This document shows positions 20,480 through 30,056 of a stretch of 64,000 nucleotides of DNA, piece by piece. The DNA comes from Desulfobacterales bacterium (lineage in GTDB: Bacteria; Desulfobacterota; Desulfobacteria; Desulfobacterales; UBA5852). A program made the position numbers and the translations under genes. Location: the NCBI GenBank assembly GCA_963674755.2, contig CAXXVS010000001.1, positions 1,088,001 through 1,152,000 on the forward strand, given 5' to 3'. The notes beneath the pieces are model-generated. The model was not told the origin of the DNA. It made no database searches and worked only from the letters and a program-made list of their open reading frames with translations. How positions within the stretch are numbered: position 1 is the first letter of the stretch; every line of letters begins with the position of its first letter.

Positions 20480-21133
20480 ATGCTTCTTTCGGCGATTTTT
20501 TTGCTTGCACCGGTATTACTGGCCATACTGTTGATTTTCGAGCGTCAGGAGCGTCTGGGAGGCAAGCTGCTGGTCAAACCGCTGCTCTCCGGCCTATTCG
20601 TCCTGACGGCCCTGGTGGCGGCGCCCCGCTTTTCGTCTTATACTGTTATTGTGGTCAGCGGCCTGGTGCTGTGTCTGGCGGGCGACGTCTGCCTGGCGTT
20701 GCCCCAGCCAACCGGCTTCCGTGTCGGTCTGGTGGCGTTTCTGCTGGGCCATGTGGCCTATATCGCCGCCTTCGCTTCGACGGCCTCTCCCAACTGGGGA
20801 TTGTGGATCGCCGCCGTGGCGGCCCTGCCGGTCAGCAGCCTGGTCTACCACCGCTTGCAGCCGTTTCTGGGGCCCATGCGAACGGCGGTCATGGCCTATA
20901 TCGTGGTGATCACGGTCATGCTGATTGCCGCCGGCGGTTTGTTCGGCGATTTGCGTTTACCCGTGACGGGGCGCTTTCTGGTATTGAACGGGGCTTTCAG
21001 TTTTTACCTTTCCGATATTTTTGTAGCGCGGCAGCGCTTTGTCCAGCCGTCCTTCTGGAATCGCCTGATCGGCCTGCCGCTCTACTACCTGGGGCAGTTC
21101 CAGATTGCCTACACCACCGGATTGATCGGTTGA
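20480..21133 (+). CDS. YhhN family membrane protein (lysoplasmalogenase-like)
   Basis: KP, GD.CL, GLVAFLLGH..YI, FYLSD, YYLGQ motifs. Confidence 0.85.
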   Translation: MLLSAIFLLAPVLLAILLIFERQERLGGKLLVKPLLSGLFVLTALVAAPRFSSYTVIVVSGLVLCLAGDVCLALPQPTGFRVGLVAFLLGHVAYIAAFASTASPNWGLWIAAVAALPVSSLVYHRLQPFLGPMRTAVMAYIVVITVMLIAAGGLFGDLRLPVTGRFLVLNGAFSFYLSDIFVARQRFVQPSFWNRLIGLPLYYLGQFQIAYTTGLIG

Positions 21134-21173
21134 CGGCCGCCCCATGACGATGGTCACAAGAAGGAATCGGTCC

Positions 21174-22856
21174 ATGCCTATCCACGGCAAAGACGAAGAT
21201 CTTCCGGCCATTCTGGCGCGTTGTTTGGATACCCTGCAGTCCGCATGGGACGATGCGCGGGCGCCCGCCGCGCGGGAGGCGCTGATCCGGGATCTCCGTC
21301 TGGCGGTCACCCGGGCGGAGCGGGCCCTGGCGGAGCGGGAACGCATCGATGAAGAGCGCACCCGCCTGGCCACGGCCGTGGACCAGGCCAGCGAGCTGAT
21401 CTTTATCACGGATACCGAAGGCCTCATCCAATACGTCAATCCTTCCTTTGAAAAAGTCACGGGCTATACCCGGGCGGAAGTCCTGGGCCGCAAACCCTCC
21501 CTGCTCAGAAGCGGTAAACACGACCCGGCCTTTTATGCCGGCATGTGGTCCACCATCGCACGCGGCGCGGTCTGGAACGGCCGGATCGTCAATCGCAAGA
21601 AAGACGGGACGCTCTACGAGGAAGAGGCCACCATCACCCCCATCCGGGACCACACCGGCCGTATCGTCAGCTATGTGGCCGTCAAGCGGGACGTCACCCG
21701 GGAGATTACCCTGAAAAAGCAGCTGCGCCAGGCCCAGAAGATGGAAGCCATCGGCACACTGGCCGGGGGGATCGCCCACGACTTCAACAACATCCTGGCG
21801 GCCATCATCGGCTACACCGAACTGGTCCGCATGGATCTGGCGGAAGACAGCGCCCTCATGGCGAACGTCAACAAGGTTCTCGGCGCCAGCTACCGGGCCC
21901 GGGATCTGGTGGCCCAGATTCTGGCCTTCAGCCGCCAGACCGAACAGGAATTGAAACCGGTCAGCATCAGCGCCATCGTCAAGGAGGCCCTCAAACTGCT
22001 GCGGGCCTCCCTGCCGGTCACCATTGAAATCCGACAGCGGATTTGTATGGAGCCCGCCACCATTCTGGCCGATGCCACCCAGATCCATCAGGTGCTCATG
22101 AATATCTGCACCAATGCCGGTCATGCCATGCGGTTGACCGGCGGGATTCTCGACGTCTATCTGGGCGAGCCCCGGGAAGAATTCGAACCACCGCTGCCCC
22201 TGCAGCACCTGGCTGCGGATCATTATCTGTGCCTTGCCATCCGGGATACCGGACACGGCATGTCCCCCGAGGTGCTGGAACGGATTTTCGACCCCTATTT
22301 CACCACCAAGAAAAAGGAAGAGGGGACCGGACTCGGCCTGGCCGTGGTGCACGGCATCGTCACCAGCCACAACGGCCATATCACCGTCGAGAGTACGCCG
22401 GGGCAAGGCACGGTTTTCAAGATCTACTTTCCGTTTATTCCGGCCAAGGTTTTCGATCACAAAAAAACCATGGGATCGCGGTTGCCCGGAGGGACGGAGC
22501 GCGTGCTGCTCATCGACGACGAGGTCGATATCGTGCATGTGAACCGCCTGATGCTCGAACGTCTGGGCTATACCGTGTCCGCTTACAGCGACAGCCACAA
22601 GGCGGTGGCCGCTTTCGAAAGCGATCCGCAAAGCATCGACCTGCTGATCACGGACATGACCATGCCGGGGCTGACCGGCGACCTGGTGGTGCGGGCCGTC
22701 CACGCCCGGCGTCCGGATCTGCCCATCATCATGTGTACGGGCTTCAGCGAAATTATCACGGCGGAGAAGGCCCAGGCCCTGGGGGTGCGCAAGTTGATGA
22801 TGAAACCCCTGTTGGTGGGGGAGTTGGCGCGGTCGATTCGGGAGTTGCTGGATTGA
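21174..22856 (+). CDS. cytoplasmic PAS-domain hybrid histidine kinase/response regulator
   Basis: PAS ([12 protein letters not shown]), H-box [11 protein letters not shown] boxes ([14 protein letters not shown]), receiver (DDE, TDMTMP, KP). Confidence 0.93.
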   Translation: MPIHGKDEDLPAILARCLDTLQSAWDDARAPAAREALIRDLRLAVTRAERALAERERIDEERTRLATAVDQASELIFITDTEGLIQYVNPSFEKVTGYTRAEVLGRKPSLLRSGKHDPAFYAGMWSTIARGAVWNGRIVNRKKDGTLYEEEATITPIRDHTGRIVSYVAVKRDVTREITLKKQLRQAQKMEAIGTLAGGIAHDFNNILAAIIGYTELVRMDLAEDSALMANVNKVLGASYRARDLVAQILAFSRQTEQELKPVSISAIVKEALKLLRASLPVTIEIRQRICMEPATILADATQIHQVLMNICTNAGHAMRLTGGILDVYLGEPREEFEPPLPLQHLAADHYLCLAIRDTGHGMSPEVLERIFDPYFTTKKKEEGTGLGLAVVHGIVTSHNGHITVESTPGQGTVFKIYFPFIPAKVFDHKKTMGSRLPGGTERVLLIDDEVDIVHVNRLMLERLGYTVSAYSDSHKAVAAFESDPQSIDLLITDMTMPGLTGDLVVRAVHARRPDLPIIMCTGFSEIITAEKAQALGVRKLMMKPLLVGELARSIRELLD

Positions 22857-22979
22857 TTCCTGTCGATAGGTAACCTTGGTTAAGGTATCTTTAATCAGTA
22901 CCCGTGCGTCATCCGCTATACCCTCTAAATTTTTTCTCAGAGCACACCTAAGTTTACACGATGTATTTGCCTTGAGCAT

Positions 22980-23972
22980 TCAGGGTCGGGCGCGGTTGAG
23001 GCCCACGAAGGCCCCGCCGTTGCGTTCGCACATGGCACGCATGAGGGTGGCGAAGCGCAGGCCGGTGATGCCACGGGGGTCGCGGAGCACGGTGGGGAAG
23101 CCCACGGCGTGGATGCGTACCCGGCGCTGGCCGCCCGGGCCGGCGTGGTTGAGCCGGTCCACGGTGTTGATGGCAGCCTGCATGTCCTTGCCGGAATACT
23201 CGTCCCCGAAGACATAGAGGCTGATCTTCTTCCGGGGATCGTAGAAGGCGCGGATGGCCATGGCGATGCCCTCCACCGGGCTGCTGTTGCTGAAGGGCTG
23301 CCAGGTGGCCAGGGTTTCCAGGATCACCCGCCGGCGGCGGGCCGTGTCCGGAATCCAACGACCGCGGTATTGCGGGAACATATAGTCCCCCATGTCATTC
23401 ATGATCTGGATGCCTTTCACCTTGGGGTAGACGTTGAGCGTTTCGCGCAGTTTCTGCTGCACGCTGCCCCAGGCGCCCCGCTGCATGCTGCCGGAGGTGT
23501 CGATGATGAAAATGATGTACTCGCTGTCCACCGGGATGCCTCCCACCGAAGCGCTGGGGGGAGGCGGCCGGCGGGCGGCGAGGCGCTTCATCTCCGCGGT
23601 GAGGTCCTGCAGGGTGCGGGCCATGCGGCCTTCGATGATGTTCTGCACCTCGGCGTTGTCGCGGGAGGCGGCAAATTCCCCTTTCAGGGAAGACAAATCC
23701 CCCTGCAACCGGGCCAGGTGTTCCTGGGCTGCGGTGAGCTGCCGGCGCTTGGCCTCGAGCTCCCGCTCCAGCACGAGGGATTCGCCTCGGATATCGTGTT
23801 TTTCCTCCTCCAGCCGAACGATGGCCGCATCCAGGTCGGTGCGGGTCTGTTCGATCACCAGGGGCTCGCCGAACTTGGAGAGCACGAAAAGCAGGATGAT
23901 GGCCCCGAAGGCGCAGCAGATGCAGTCCAGGAAGGAGAGGCTGAAGACGTGGATTTCGCGGCGGGTGCGCAT
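22980..23972 (-). CDS. TM-anchored coiled-coil vWA-domain protein 2 (ExbD/TolR-like N-terminus)
   Basis: FSLSFLDCICCAFGAIILLF TM with Asp; heptad coiled coil; MIDAS IIDTSGSM ... FGDE. Confidence 0.8.
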   Translation of the reverse strand: MRTRREIHVFSLSFLDCICCAFGAIILLFVLSKFGEPLVIEQTRTDLDAAIVRLEEEKHDIRGESLVLERELEAKRRQLTAAQEHLARLQGDLSSLKGEFAASRDNAEVQNIIEGRMARTLQDLTAEMKRLAARRPPPPSASVGGIPVDSEYIIFIIDTSGSMQRGAWGSVQQKLRETLNVYPKVKGIQIMNDMGDYMFPQYRGRWIPDTARRRRVILETLATWQPFSNSSPVEGIAMAIRAFYDPRKKISLYVFGDEYSGKDMQAAINTVDRLNHAGPGGQRRVRIHAVGFPTVLRDPRGITGLRFATLMRAMCERNGGAFVGLNRARP

Positions 23973-23974
23973 GA

Positions 23975-25063
23975 TCAGGGCCAGTCCGGTGAGGGGCAGA
24001 AGTAGGCGCCCCGGGTAAGGACGGCCAGCTGCCAGTAGGCGCTGGCCGCCGCCGGATCCCCTTCCAGGGGGAAGAGGATGACGTTGACCGGAATGTCGGG
24101 CAGCATCTTGACCGCCTCGTTGAACAGGCTGAGGCGTTTTTCGCCGGAGACTTTCTTGAACCAGGGCGTGCCACTGCCCATGGTGGGCAGGCCGTCCGTG
24201 ATCAGGAAGACGTTTTCGGGCATTGGCCGCAGCTTGCGCAGTTCCGCAAAGGCGTTGGCCAGGCTGGTGCTCTTCTCCGGCACCAGTTGGTAGAGACGGT
24301 TGACCGCGTCGTTGAGCTGCTTGCTATCGGCGGTTTTAAGCCAGCGGCCGTCGGTGCCCGGCACCAGAAAACGCGCGGTCTCGTTGAAGACGACGATCTG
24401 GTAGCGGCTTCCCGGCGGGAACTGGGCTGTCAGCCAGTCCACCGTGGCCAGCGCCTTGCGCCACTTGGGGGCCTGGCGCTGCTGGTCTTTGGCCAGGTTG
24501 CGGCGGCGGACGATGCCCACGATGGAATGGTCCAGCATGCTGGCCGAGGCATCCAGCAGAATCAGAATATGGCCGCCGTCCACCCGCAGATCGGTGAGAT
24601 ACTGGCGGCGGCCCTCCCCGGCAAAGGCGCGGACCTTGGACCCGTAGTCGTCTTCCTCCTGGCTGCCGGCTTTGAGCCGTTTGACGTCTTCTTCCATGGA
24701 ACGCAGGTCGGCCTTGAGTTGGTCGGCATGTTCCTTCCGGGCCAGGGTCTGGTCCTGGTAGTGGGCGATTTCTTCCTGGCGCGCCTCGAGGACGGGCACG
24801 ATCTGGCGGGTGGTGCCGCGGATGTCGACGATTTCCTGCTCGGCCGCTTCCAGGGCGTTGCGCAGGTCGGCCATGCGCTTGCGCCCATCCAGAACCTCGC
24901 GCTCCAGCCGGTCCACTTCACTGCTCAGGTCCTGGGTGATCTGGTCGCGGCGGACGGCCGAACGGGCGTTGACGATGACGAACAGCAGAATGACGGCCCC
25001 CAGACCGCAGCAGATGCAGTCGATGAAGGAGAGGCTGAAGACGTTAAGCGGCCGGCGTTTCAT
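23975..25063 (-). CDS. TM-anchored coiled-coil vWA-domain protein 1 (ExbD/TolR-like N-terminus)
   Basis: FSLSFIDCICCGLGAVILLF TM; coiled coil; MIDAS LLDASASM ... ITDGLP. Confidence 0.8.
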   Translation of the reverse strand: MKRRPLNVFSLSFIDCICCGLGAVILLFVIVNARSAVRRDQITQDLSSEVDRLEREVLDGRKRMADLRNALEAAEQEIVDIRGTTRQIVPVLEARQEEIAHYQDQTLARKEHADQLKADLRSMEEDVKRLKAGSQEEDDYGSKVRAFAGEGRRQYLTDLRVDGGHILILLDASASMLDHSIVGIVRRRNLAKDQQRQAPKWRKALATVDWLTAQFPPGSRYQIVVFNETARFLVPGTDGRWLKTADSKQLNDAVNRLYQLVPEKSTSLANAFAELRKLRPMPENVFLITDGLPTMGSGTPWFKKVSGEKRLSLFNEAVKMLPDIPVNVILFPLEGDPAAASAYWQLAVLTRGAYFCPSPDWP

Positions 25064-26462
25064 CGTTTTCCCGGCAGGCAATCACCTGCAGCGTTTCGCC
25101 CGGGGTTCCCACCCGGATGGTCTGCCCCACGGTCAATTCGGTTTCGCCGTCCACCTTGTCACCGTCCACGTAGGTGCCGTAGGTGCTGGTATCGCTGAGC
25201 ACCAGGCGATCCCCCCGGCGGGTCACGATGCAGTGGCGGCGGGAGACCCCGGCGGTTTTGCCCTGGATAAGGATGCCGGCGCAGCCGGCCGGGATGTCGC
25301 GGCCGATGATCAGCGGACGCTCTGACAGGGGATACCCCCGGCTGCAATACAGGAGATGGGTGGCGGCCGGCTCCTGGTCCGTGGCATGCCCGGGGGAGGG
25401 GACGGCCGCGGGCGGCCTTTTGCCCTTGCGCGGTCGGCGGTTGAGCAAGGGCACACCCTGGCCGGCCTCCCCGGGTGGGAAGGCCTTTGCGAAGGCAAGC
25501 ACCCCTGACGCGGCGGCCCCTTGGGCCAACGGCACCACCCGGGCGCCGACGGCGGCCGCCAGGCGGCGGCTAAAGCCGGGCAGACAAGAGGCGCGGTGGC
25601 TCACGAGAATCGTTTCCAGGGGGTGCCCATGGAAAAAATCCTGCTGCAAGGCACCGATCTCACGCTGGAGGGCCTCCATCAAGGGGTGCAGGGCCTGTTC
25701 CACCACCTCCCGGGTCAACTGAATGCGGTGCACGGCGGCGGGCGTGTCCATCGCCACGGCGACCTCTTCGGAGGTTTCCAGGGCGGCCAGCAGGCCCGGC
25801 AGTTGGTCGTAGAGGGCCTGCTCGGTGTCGGCGGCATGGAAAGGATCGAAACGGGTGTGGCGCACGAATTCGTCGGCCATGGCCTGCATCCAGGCCTTCC
25901 GCAGGGCTTCCAGGCCCAGGCCTGCGATGGCCGTCTTCTCCGGATGGACGGCCTCCCGGCGCAAGTTCAGCACGGTCAGGAGGGTTTGGTGCAAGCCGAG
26001 GTCGAGGTGCAGCAGGATTTCGGCCGGGGCATTTGGCGGGAGGGCCGCCAGGGACAGGGGCACGAAGCCCTGGACGGGCATCGCTAGCGCGTTCATGATG
26101 CCCGCCAGCAGTCCCAGCTGGTGTTCGCTGAAGCTATCCGGTACCGCCACCAGAAGCGCCTCACGGGCCGGGGCCAGTTGCTGCCAGATATGGGACAGGT
26201 GGGCGTGGGCCAGGTCGGCCTGGGTCCAGCCGGCATAGGCCGGATCCTGCAGGGGATCACTGGCCAATTCACTCCAGAAATGGCGGTTGATCTGACGCGG
26301 CAGCCGCCGGCAGCGCTTTTCAGCAGCGAGGCCCACCCGGAGGCGGCCTTCCTCGATGAGGGCCACCCCGGGGCTGGCCGTCGCTCCCCGCTCGATCTCC
26401 AACAAATCCCCTTCGGGGCCGGCCGCCAGGAGCCCGGCATCGTTGAGTTCCAGCCCGATCAT
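25044..26462 (-). CDS. actin/Hsp70-like fold protein with C-terminal FHA domain
   Basis: N-terminal IGLELND and LHLDLG resemble ASKHA phosphate motifs; FHA IIGR...GVSRRH...STYGTYVDG; ATGA overlap with upstream gene. Confidence 0.7.
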   Translation of the reverse strand: MIGLELNDAGLLAAGPEGDLLEIERGATASPGVALIEEGRLRVGLAAEKRCRRLPRQINRHFWSELASDPLQDPAYAGWTQADLAHAHLSHIWQQLAPAREALLVAVPDSFSEHQLGLLAGIMNALAMPVQGFVPLSLAALPPNAPAEILLHLDLGLHQTLLTVLNLRREAVHPEKTAIAGLGLEALRKAWMQAMADEFVRHTRFDPFHAADTEQALYDQLPGLLAALETSEEVAVAMDTPAAVHRIQLTREVVEQALHPLMEALQREIGALQQDFFHGHPLETILVSHRASCLPGFSRRLAAAVGARVVPLAQGAAASGVLAFAKAFPPGEAGQGVPLLNRRPRKGKRPPAAVPSPGHATDQEPAATHLLYCSRGYPLSERPLIIGRDIPAGCAGILIQGKTAGVSRRHCIVTRRGDRLVLSDTSTYGTYVDGDKVDGETELTVGQTIRVGTPGETLQVIACRENDETPAA

Positions 26463-27283
26463 GCGGCGTCCTCCTCCCCGCGGCGGGTATGCAGCCGCCG
26501 GGTGAGCCGCTCCTCGCAATAGGCTTCGGTATCCAAAATGTAGCGCTCCTGCAGCAGTTGCAGCTGGTAGAGGAGAAACATGAGCACGATGCTGATGAGC
26601 AGGGCCACCAGGGTGGAGTTGAAGGCCACCCCCAGGCTGCGGGTGACTTCCAGGATATCCCCCTGGACGGCCTTGTGCGCATTGCCCAGGGCCTGGCCGA
26701 TGCCGCGTACCGTGCCGATAAAGCCCACAGACGGGATGGCCCAGGCGATGTAGCGGATCATGGCCAGTTCGGCGTCCAGCCGTTCCCCTTCCGTGTCGCA
26801 GGAGGCGTGCATGGCATTGGCCACGTCCTGGATGTTGCGGGTGGACCCGAAACGGTGCAGGGCCGCCAGCAGGGTCCGGGGCAGGAGTGATTCCCGCTGG
26901 GCCGGCGGCAGGGCTTCGATGCGGCGGGAAAAGGCGAGGGCGTCCTCCGGCAGGATGCGGACCCCCTCGGCCAGGGGAATCAGGTCGAGATTGAGCAGGC
27001 CGCGATGCTTTAAGGTCGCAACGCTTTTATAGCCCATGATGGCCAGGGCCCAGAACATGAGGATGAAACAGGATTCCTGTTCGTAGTCCTTGATCATGAC
27101 AAACAAGGATTGTTCGCTGGTGGTTGTGCCTTCGGCGGCCTGGGCCGTCTCCTGGGCGTCTTGGAAGGCGGCCGCATTAGGCCGGATGACGGCCACATAG
27201 GCGGCATGCACCAGGATAACGATCACGATCAGGGCGAAGATCTGGTAGATGAATTCCAGCGAAACGGGGAGATTTTGTTTCAT
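26459..27283 (-). CDS. MotA/TolQ/ExbB proton channel family protein
   Basis: AIPSVGFIGTVRGIGQAL and LGVAFNSTLVAL TM motifs. Confidence 0.88.
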   Translation of the reverse strand: MKQNLPVSLEFIYQIFALIVIVILVHAAYVAVIRPNAAAFQDAQETAQAAEGTTTSEQSLFVMIKDYEQESCFILMFWALAIMGYKSVATLKHRGLLNLDLIPLAEGVRILPEDALAFSRRIEALPPAQRESLLPRTLLAALHRFGSTRNIQDVANAMHASCDTEGERLDAELAMIRYIAWAIPSVGFIGTVRGIGQALGNAHKAVQGDILEVTRSLGVAFNSTLVALLISIVLMFLLYQLQLLQERYILDTEAYCEERLTRRLHTRRGEEDAA

Positions 27284-27448
27284 TAAGCCATACCTATTGT
27301 TGAAGTAAGCTTCTGGATGCCTTGCGCTTGAACGTTTTCGAAACCCTGGTCAGAATGATTTCTTGCTCTCTAACGCGGTCGTGGTTCTTCGCAGCCCATG
27401 CAAGGCCTAATCCTTTCATCAAGCAACAGTATCAAAATATACCTAAAC

Positions 27449-27594
27449 AGTATCTGTTCGGAGAGGGTAGATTTCGGTTCCGGCCAAGGCCGCAGGGAAT
27501 TGGAAACCGGAGGCGTAGCTGGGCTACGGCGAGGATTTCCAATGACCGAGAACGCCAGCCGGGGCCGAAAGATGCCCCCTCCGGACGGATACTA
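27449..27594. repeat. palindromic repeat family A, copy 5 (full length, reverse orientation)
   Basis: Reverse complement reads TAGTATCCGTCCGGAGGGGGCATCTTTCGGCCCC...GGCGTTCTC...CGTAGCCCAGCTACG...GGAACCGAAATCTACCCTCTCCGAACAGATACT. Confidence 0.85.
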
Positions 27595-27897
27595 GATGTC
27601 TGCCGGGAAGTCCACGGCCTTATCCACCCGGATTTCTTCGGACGGTTCAAAGGGTTTCAGGTTGTCCTTTTGTTTGCGATAGGCGCTGCCCTGCTCTGGG
27701 GGGGGCTGCGCCATGTCGGTTGCGGTGCCCTTGGGCGGTGCGGCCTTGTCGGCACGCTGTTCCGTCTGTTGCGGGACCTCCCCGGCGGGTGCGGTCTGGG
27801 CCAAAACCAGCGGCGGCGGCCCGCTCAGCAGCAGGAGGATCATCACACCAGCGCCACAGGCCAGGCGTCGGCAGCTGAAAAAGCGTTTGATCGTCAT
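27592..27897 (-). CDS. small exported protein (101 aa), Pro-rich linker, C-terminal FEPSEEIRVDKAVDFPADI motif
   Basis: ATGA overlap with upstream stop; RBS GGGAG; signal peptide ending VLA-Q. Confidence 0.7.
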   Translation of the reverse strand: MTIKRFFSCRRLACGAGVMILLLLSGPPPLVLAQTAPAGEVPQQTEQRADKAAPPKGTATDMAQPPPEQGSAYRKQKDNLKPFEPSEEIRVDKAVDFPADI

Positions 27898-30056
27898 GGG
27901 GTACTCCCGGCCGCTTCGGCATAGCGGCAGATGCGGAAGCCCAGGTCCGGACGGGCTTCGTCCTGGTAATCCCGGTAGGCGGCCCGCAGGGTGCGGATGG
28001 AGGCGTCCTGCCAGCTGCTGCCCCGGATGACGTGGTGCTGGCCCTGGGCCGGGCCGCTGGGATCGGTGGCCACCAGACCGGGCTGGGCCGGATAGATGCT
28101 GTAAAAATCGTGGCACCATTCGGCCACGTTGCCCCCCAGGTCGTACAGGCCGTCGGGGTTGGGGGCAAAGGATCCCACCGGGGATGCGGTGGGAAAGGTA
28201 TCGTCGTATTTTTCCACCACCAGGTTCAACAGACGCGCGGCGCTGGCATCGGCGATATTGACGCTTTGGGCCGGGGGCGGGTAGCCCGTGCCCCAGGGGT
28301 ATTTCCAGCCCCGGGCGGCGGCCCCGTAACGGGCGCAAAATTCCCACTCGGCCTCGGTGGGCAGCCGGTAGCCGTTGCCCATGGGATCCGTTGGCCTGAG
28401 TTTGCCGTCGGTTTCTTTGTACACCGGTTTGAGGCCTTCCTGGCGGCTCAGCCAGTTGCAGAAACGGGCGGCCTGCTCCCAGGTGACCTGCGCCACCGGC
28501 TGGTCATCCAGATTCAGCGGGGCACCCTTGAACGAGCCGGAATCGTGGGCCGGATCAAAGGCCCGGAATTCCCGGTTGCTGACTTCCTTGAGGCCCATGA
28601 AGAACGGCCGTGTCAACAGGATCAGCCGCAGGGTCTCGTTGGCGCGCCGGCCCTGCTCGCGCCGGGAGGCCCCCATTTGAAAGCGGGCCGGGGCGATCAG
28701 TTTCAGGCGGTACCCGTCGGCCGCCCGGATGATCCCCGGGACCTGGGTGGCGTTGGTCCGTTGGAGGCCGGCCTTTAGTTCGAGGGGGAACCCCGGCCGG
28801 GGCGTGACCTGGTGAATGACGGGGGTAAACCCTTCCTTGCGGATCTCGATGCGGTGGGGCACGGCCAGCAGGGTAAGCTGTTCCGGGACCGGGCCCTGGT
28901 CGCGGCCGTCCACCCGGAGAGTGGCCCCCGGCGGTGCGCCGCGCAGATAGAGGATGCCCCGGCGCGGCGCCAGCTCCACCTGGAGGGCGGTTTCCTCGCC
29001 CGACCGCAAGGTGACCTCCCGGGCGGCAGGGGCATAGCCGGCCTTGGAGAGCTGAACCTTGTGGGGTTGGTCCGGCGGCAGATCGATGGTCAGGGGGGTT
29101 TGGCCGTGATACCGGGTGCCCACCATGACGCTGGCGCCCTCCGGCTGTGAATTGACGACCAGACGGCCGTCCAGGGGCGCCAGGACCGCGGTTTCCAGGG
29201 TGAGGGGCGATCCGGCCGTGACCGGCACGGTTCGGGTCCAGGGCTTGTAGCCCGGGTGCTGCAATTCCAGCTGACGCGGGCCGGCCGCCATGGCCAGGGT
29301 GGCCGGGGTGAGGCCCTGGCGGACGCCATCCACCTGGATGACGGCCTCCGGAGGGTCCGAGCTTACGGTAACCCGGGCATAATCGGGCGTCAGCGCATAG
29401 GTCAGGCCCTGCCGGTGTTCCATGCCCTCCACCGTCAGGGGGGTTTCCAGCGGGCGGTAGAGATCGGCTTCGATGCGCAGCTGGTGTTCTCCGGCGGGGA
29501 CCGGCCGATCCTTCAGTGGCGTGACGCCCGCGTCGCTTCCGTCGATGAAAACCCGGGCCCGTTCGATCGCGAGATCGGGCTGGCCCGCCTCGTGGGCGCT
29601 GATGTCCAGGCGGCCCGGCAACTTCTCCAGGGTCAGGGTGAGGGTCTGGCGGTCCTGGTTTGCCACCACCACATCGGTTGCCAGCGGTGTATACCCGGTT
29701 TTGACGGCGCGGATGTGATAGGTACCGGGGCGCAGCAGATAATAGCCGCGCAGCTGCGGGGTCAGCCAGGCGCCCTGGAGATCCACCCGGTCGGGCTCCG
29801 GCTGGATATCGAGCCGCAGCTGGCGGGCCGTGAAGACGAACCATAGACTGTAGAGGAGCACCGCCAGGAGGGCGGCGGCCAGCAGGCTGACAGACAGTCG
29901 GTAGGATGAAGCGCGAACAGGCGGCGCCTGGTGGGCCGGCTCGAAGGGGAAGGGCTCGATCCTCCGGGGCGCGCTTAGGTCCGGCGGCGTGGTGCGGCGG
30001 ACGCTTTTAGCCGCATCCTGTGGAGGTGCGGCAGGATCTATATCTTTTCCGTGCAT
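27894..30056 (-). CDS. membrane-anchored PEGA-repeat + FGE/SUMF1 domain protein
   Basis: N-terminal TM; repeated V.S.P..A...VDG...G.TP PEGA motifs; FGE-sulfatase motifs FQMG, RLPTEAEWE, GLYDLGGNVAEW, GFR. Confidence 0.88.
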   Translation of the reverse strand: MHGKDIDPAAPPQDAAKSVRRTTPPDLSAPRRIEPFPFEPAHQAPPVRASSYRLSVSLLAAALLAVLLYSLWFVFTARQLRLDIQPEPDRVDLQGAWLTPQLRGYYLLRPGTYHIRAVKTGYTPLATDVVVANQDRQTLTLTLEKLPGRLDISAHEAGQPDLAIERARVFIDGSDAGVTPLKDRPVPAGEHQLRIEADLYRPLETPLTVEGMEHRQGLTYALTPDYARVTVSSDPPEAVIQVDGVRQGLTPATLAMAAGPRQLELQHPGYKPWTRTVPVTAGSPLTLETAVLAPLDGRLVVNSQPEGASVMVGTRYHGQTPLTIDLPPDQPHKVQLSKAGYAPAAREVTLRSGEETALQVELAPRRGILYLRGAPPGATLRVDGRDQGPVPEQLTLLAVPHRIEIRKEGFTPVIHQVTPRPGFPLELKAGLQRTNATQVPGIIRAADGYRLKLIAPARFQMGASRREQGRRANETLRLILLTRPFFMGLKEVSNREFRAFDPAHDSGSFKGAPLNLDDQPVAQVTWEQAARFCNWLSRQEGLKPVYKETDGKLRPTDPMGNGYRLPTEAEWEFCARYGAAARGWKYPWGTGYPPPAQSVNIADASAARLLNLVVEKYDDTFPTASPVGSFAPNPDGLYDLGGNVAEWCHDFYSIYPAQPGLVATDPSGPAQGQHHVIRGSSWQDASIRTLRAAYRDYQDEARPDLGFRICRYAEAAGSTP

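Noticed and set aside
20997..22979. 660-aa minus-strand ORF that seems to continue the vWA operon
   Set aside because: Antisense to a clear hybrid histidine kinase; it has shadow-ORF composition.
22980..27283. Interpretation as Zorya, flagellar stator, Tol-Pal/Ton or T6SS
   Set aside because: No OmpA/MotB PG-binding partner, ZorC/D/E, TolA/B/Pal, TonB/receptor or tss genes in the window.
27592..28347. 251-aa ORF as called in the track
   Set aside because: Its 5' 450 nt overlap the PEGA-FGE gene out of frame. The real start is probably 27897 (ATGA overlap, signal peptide).
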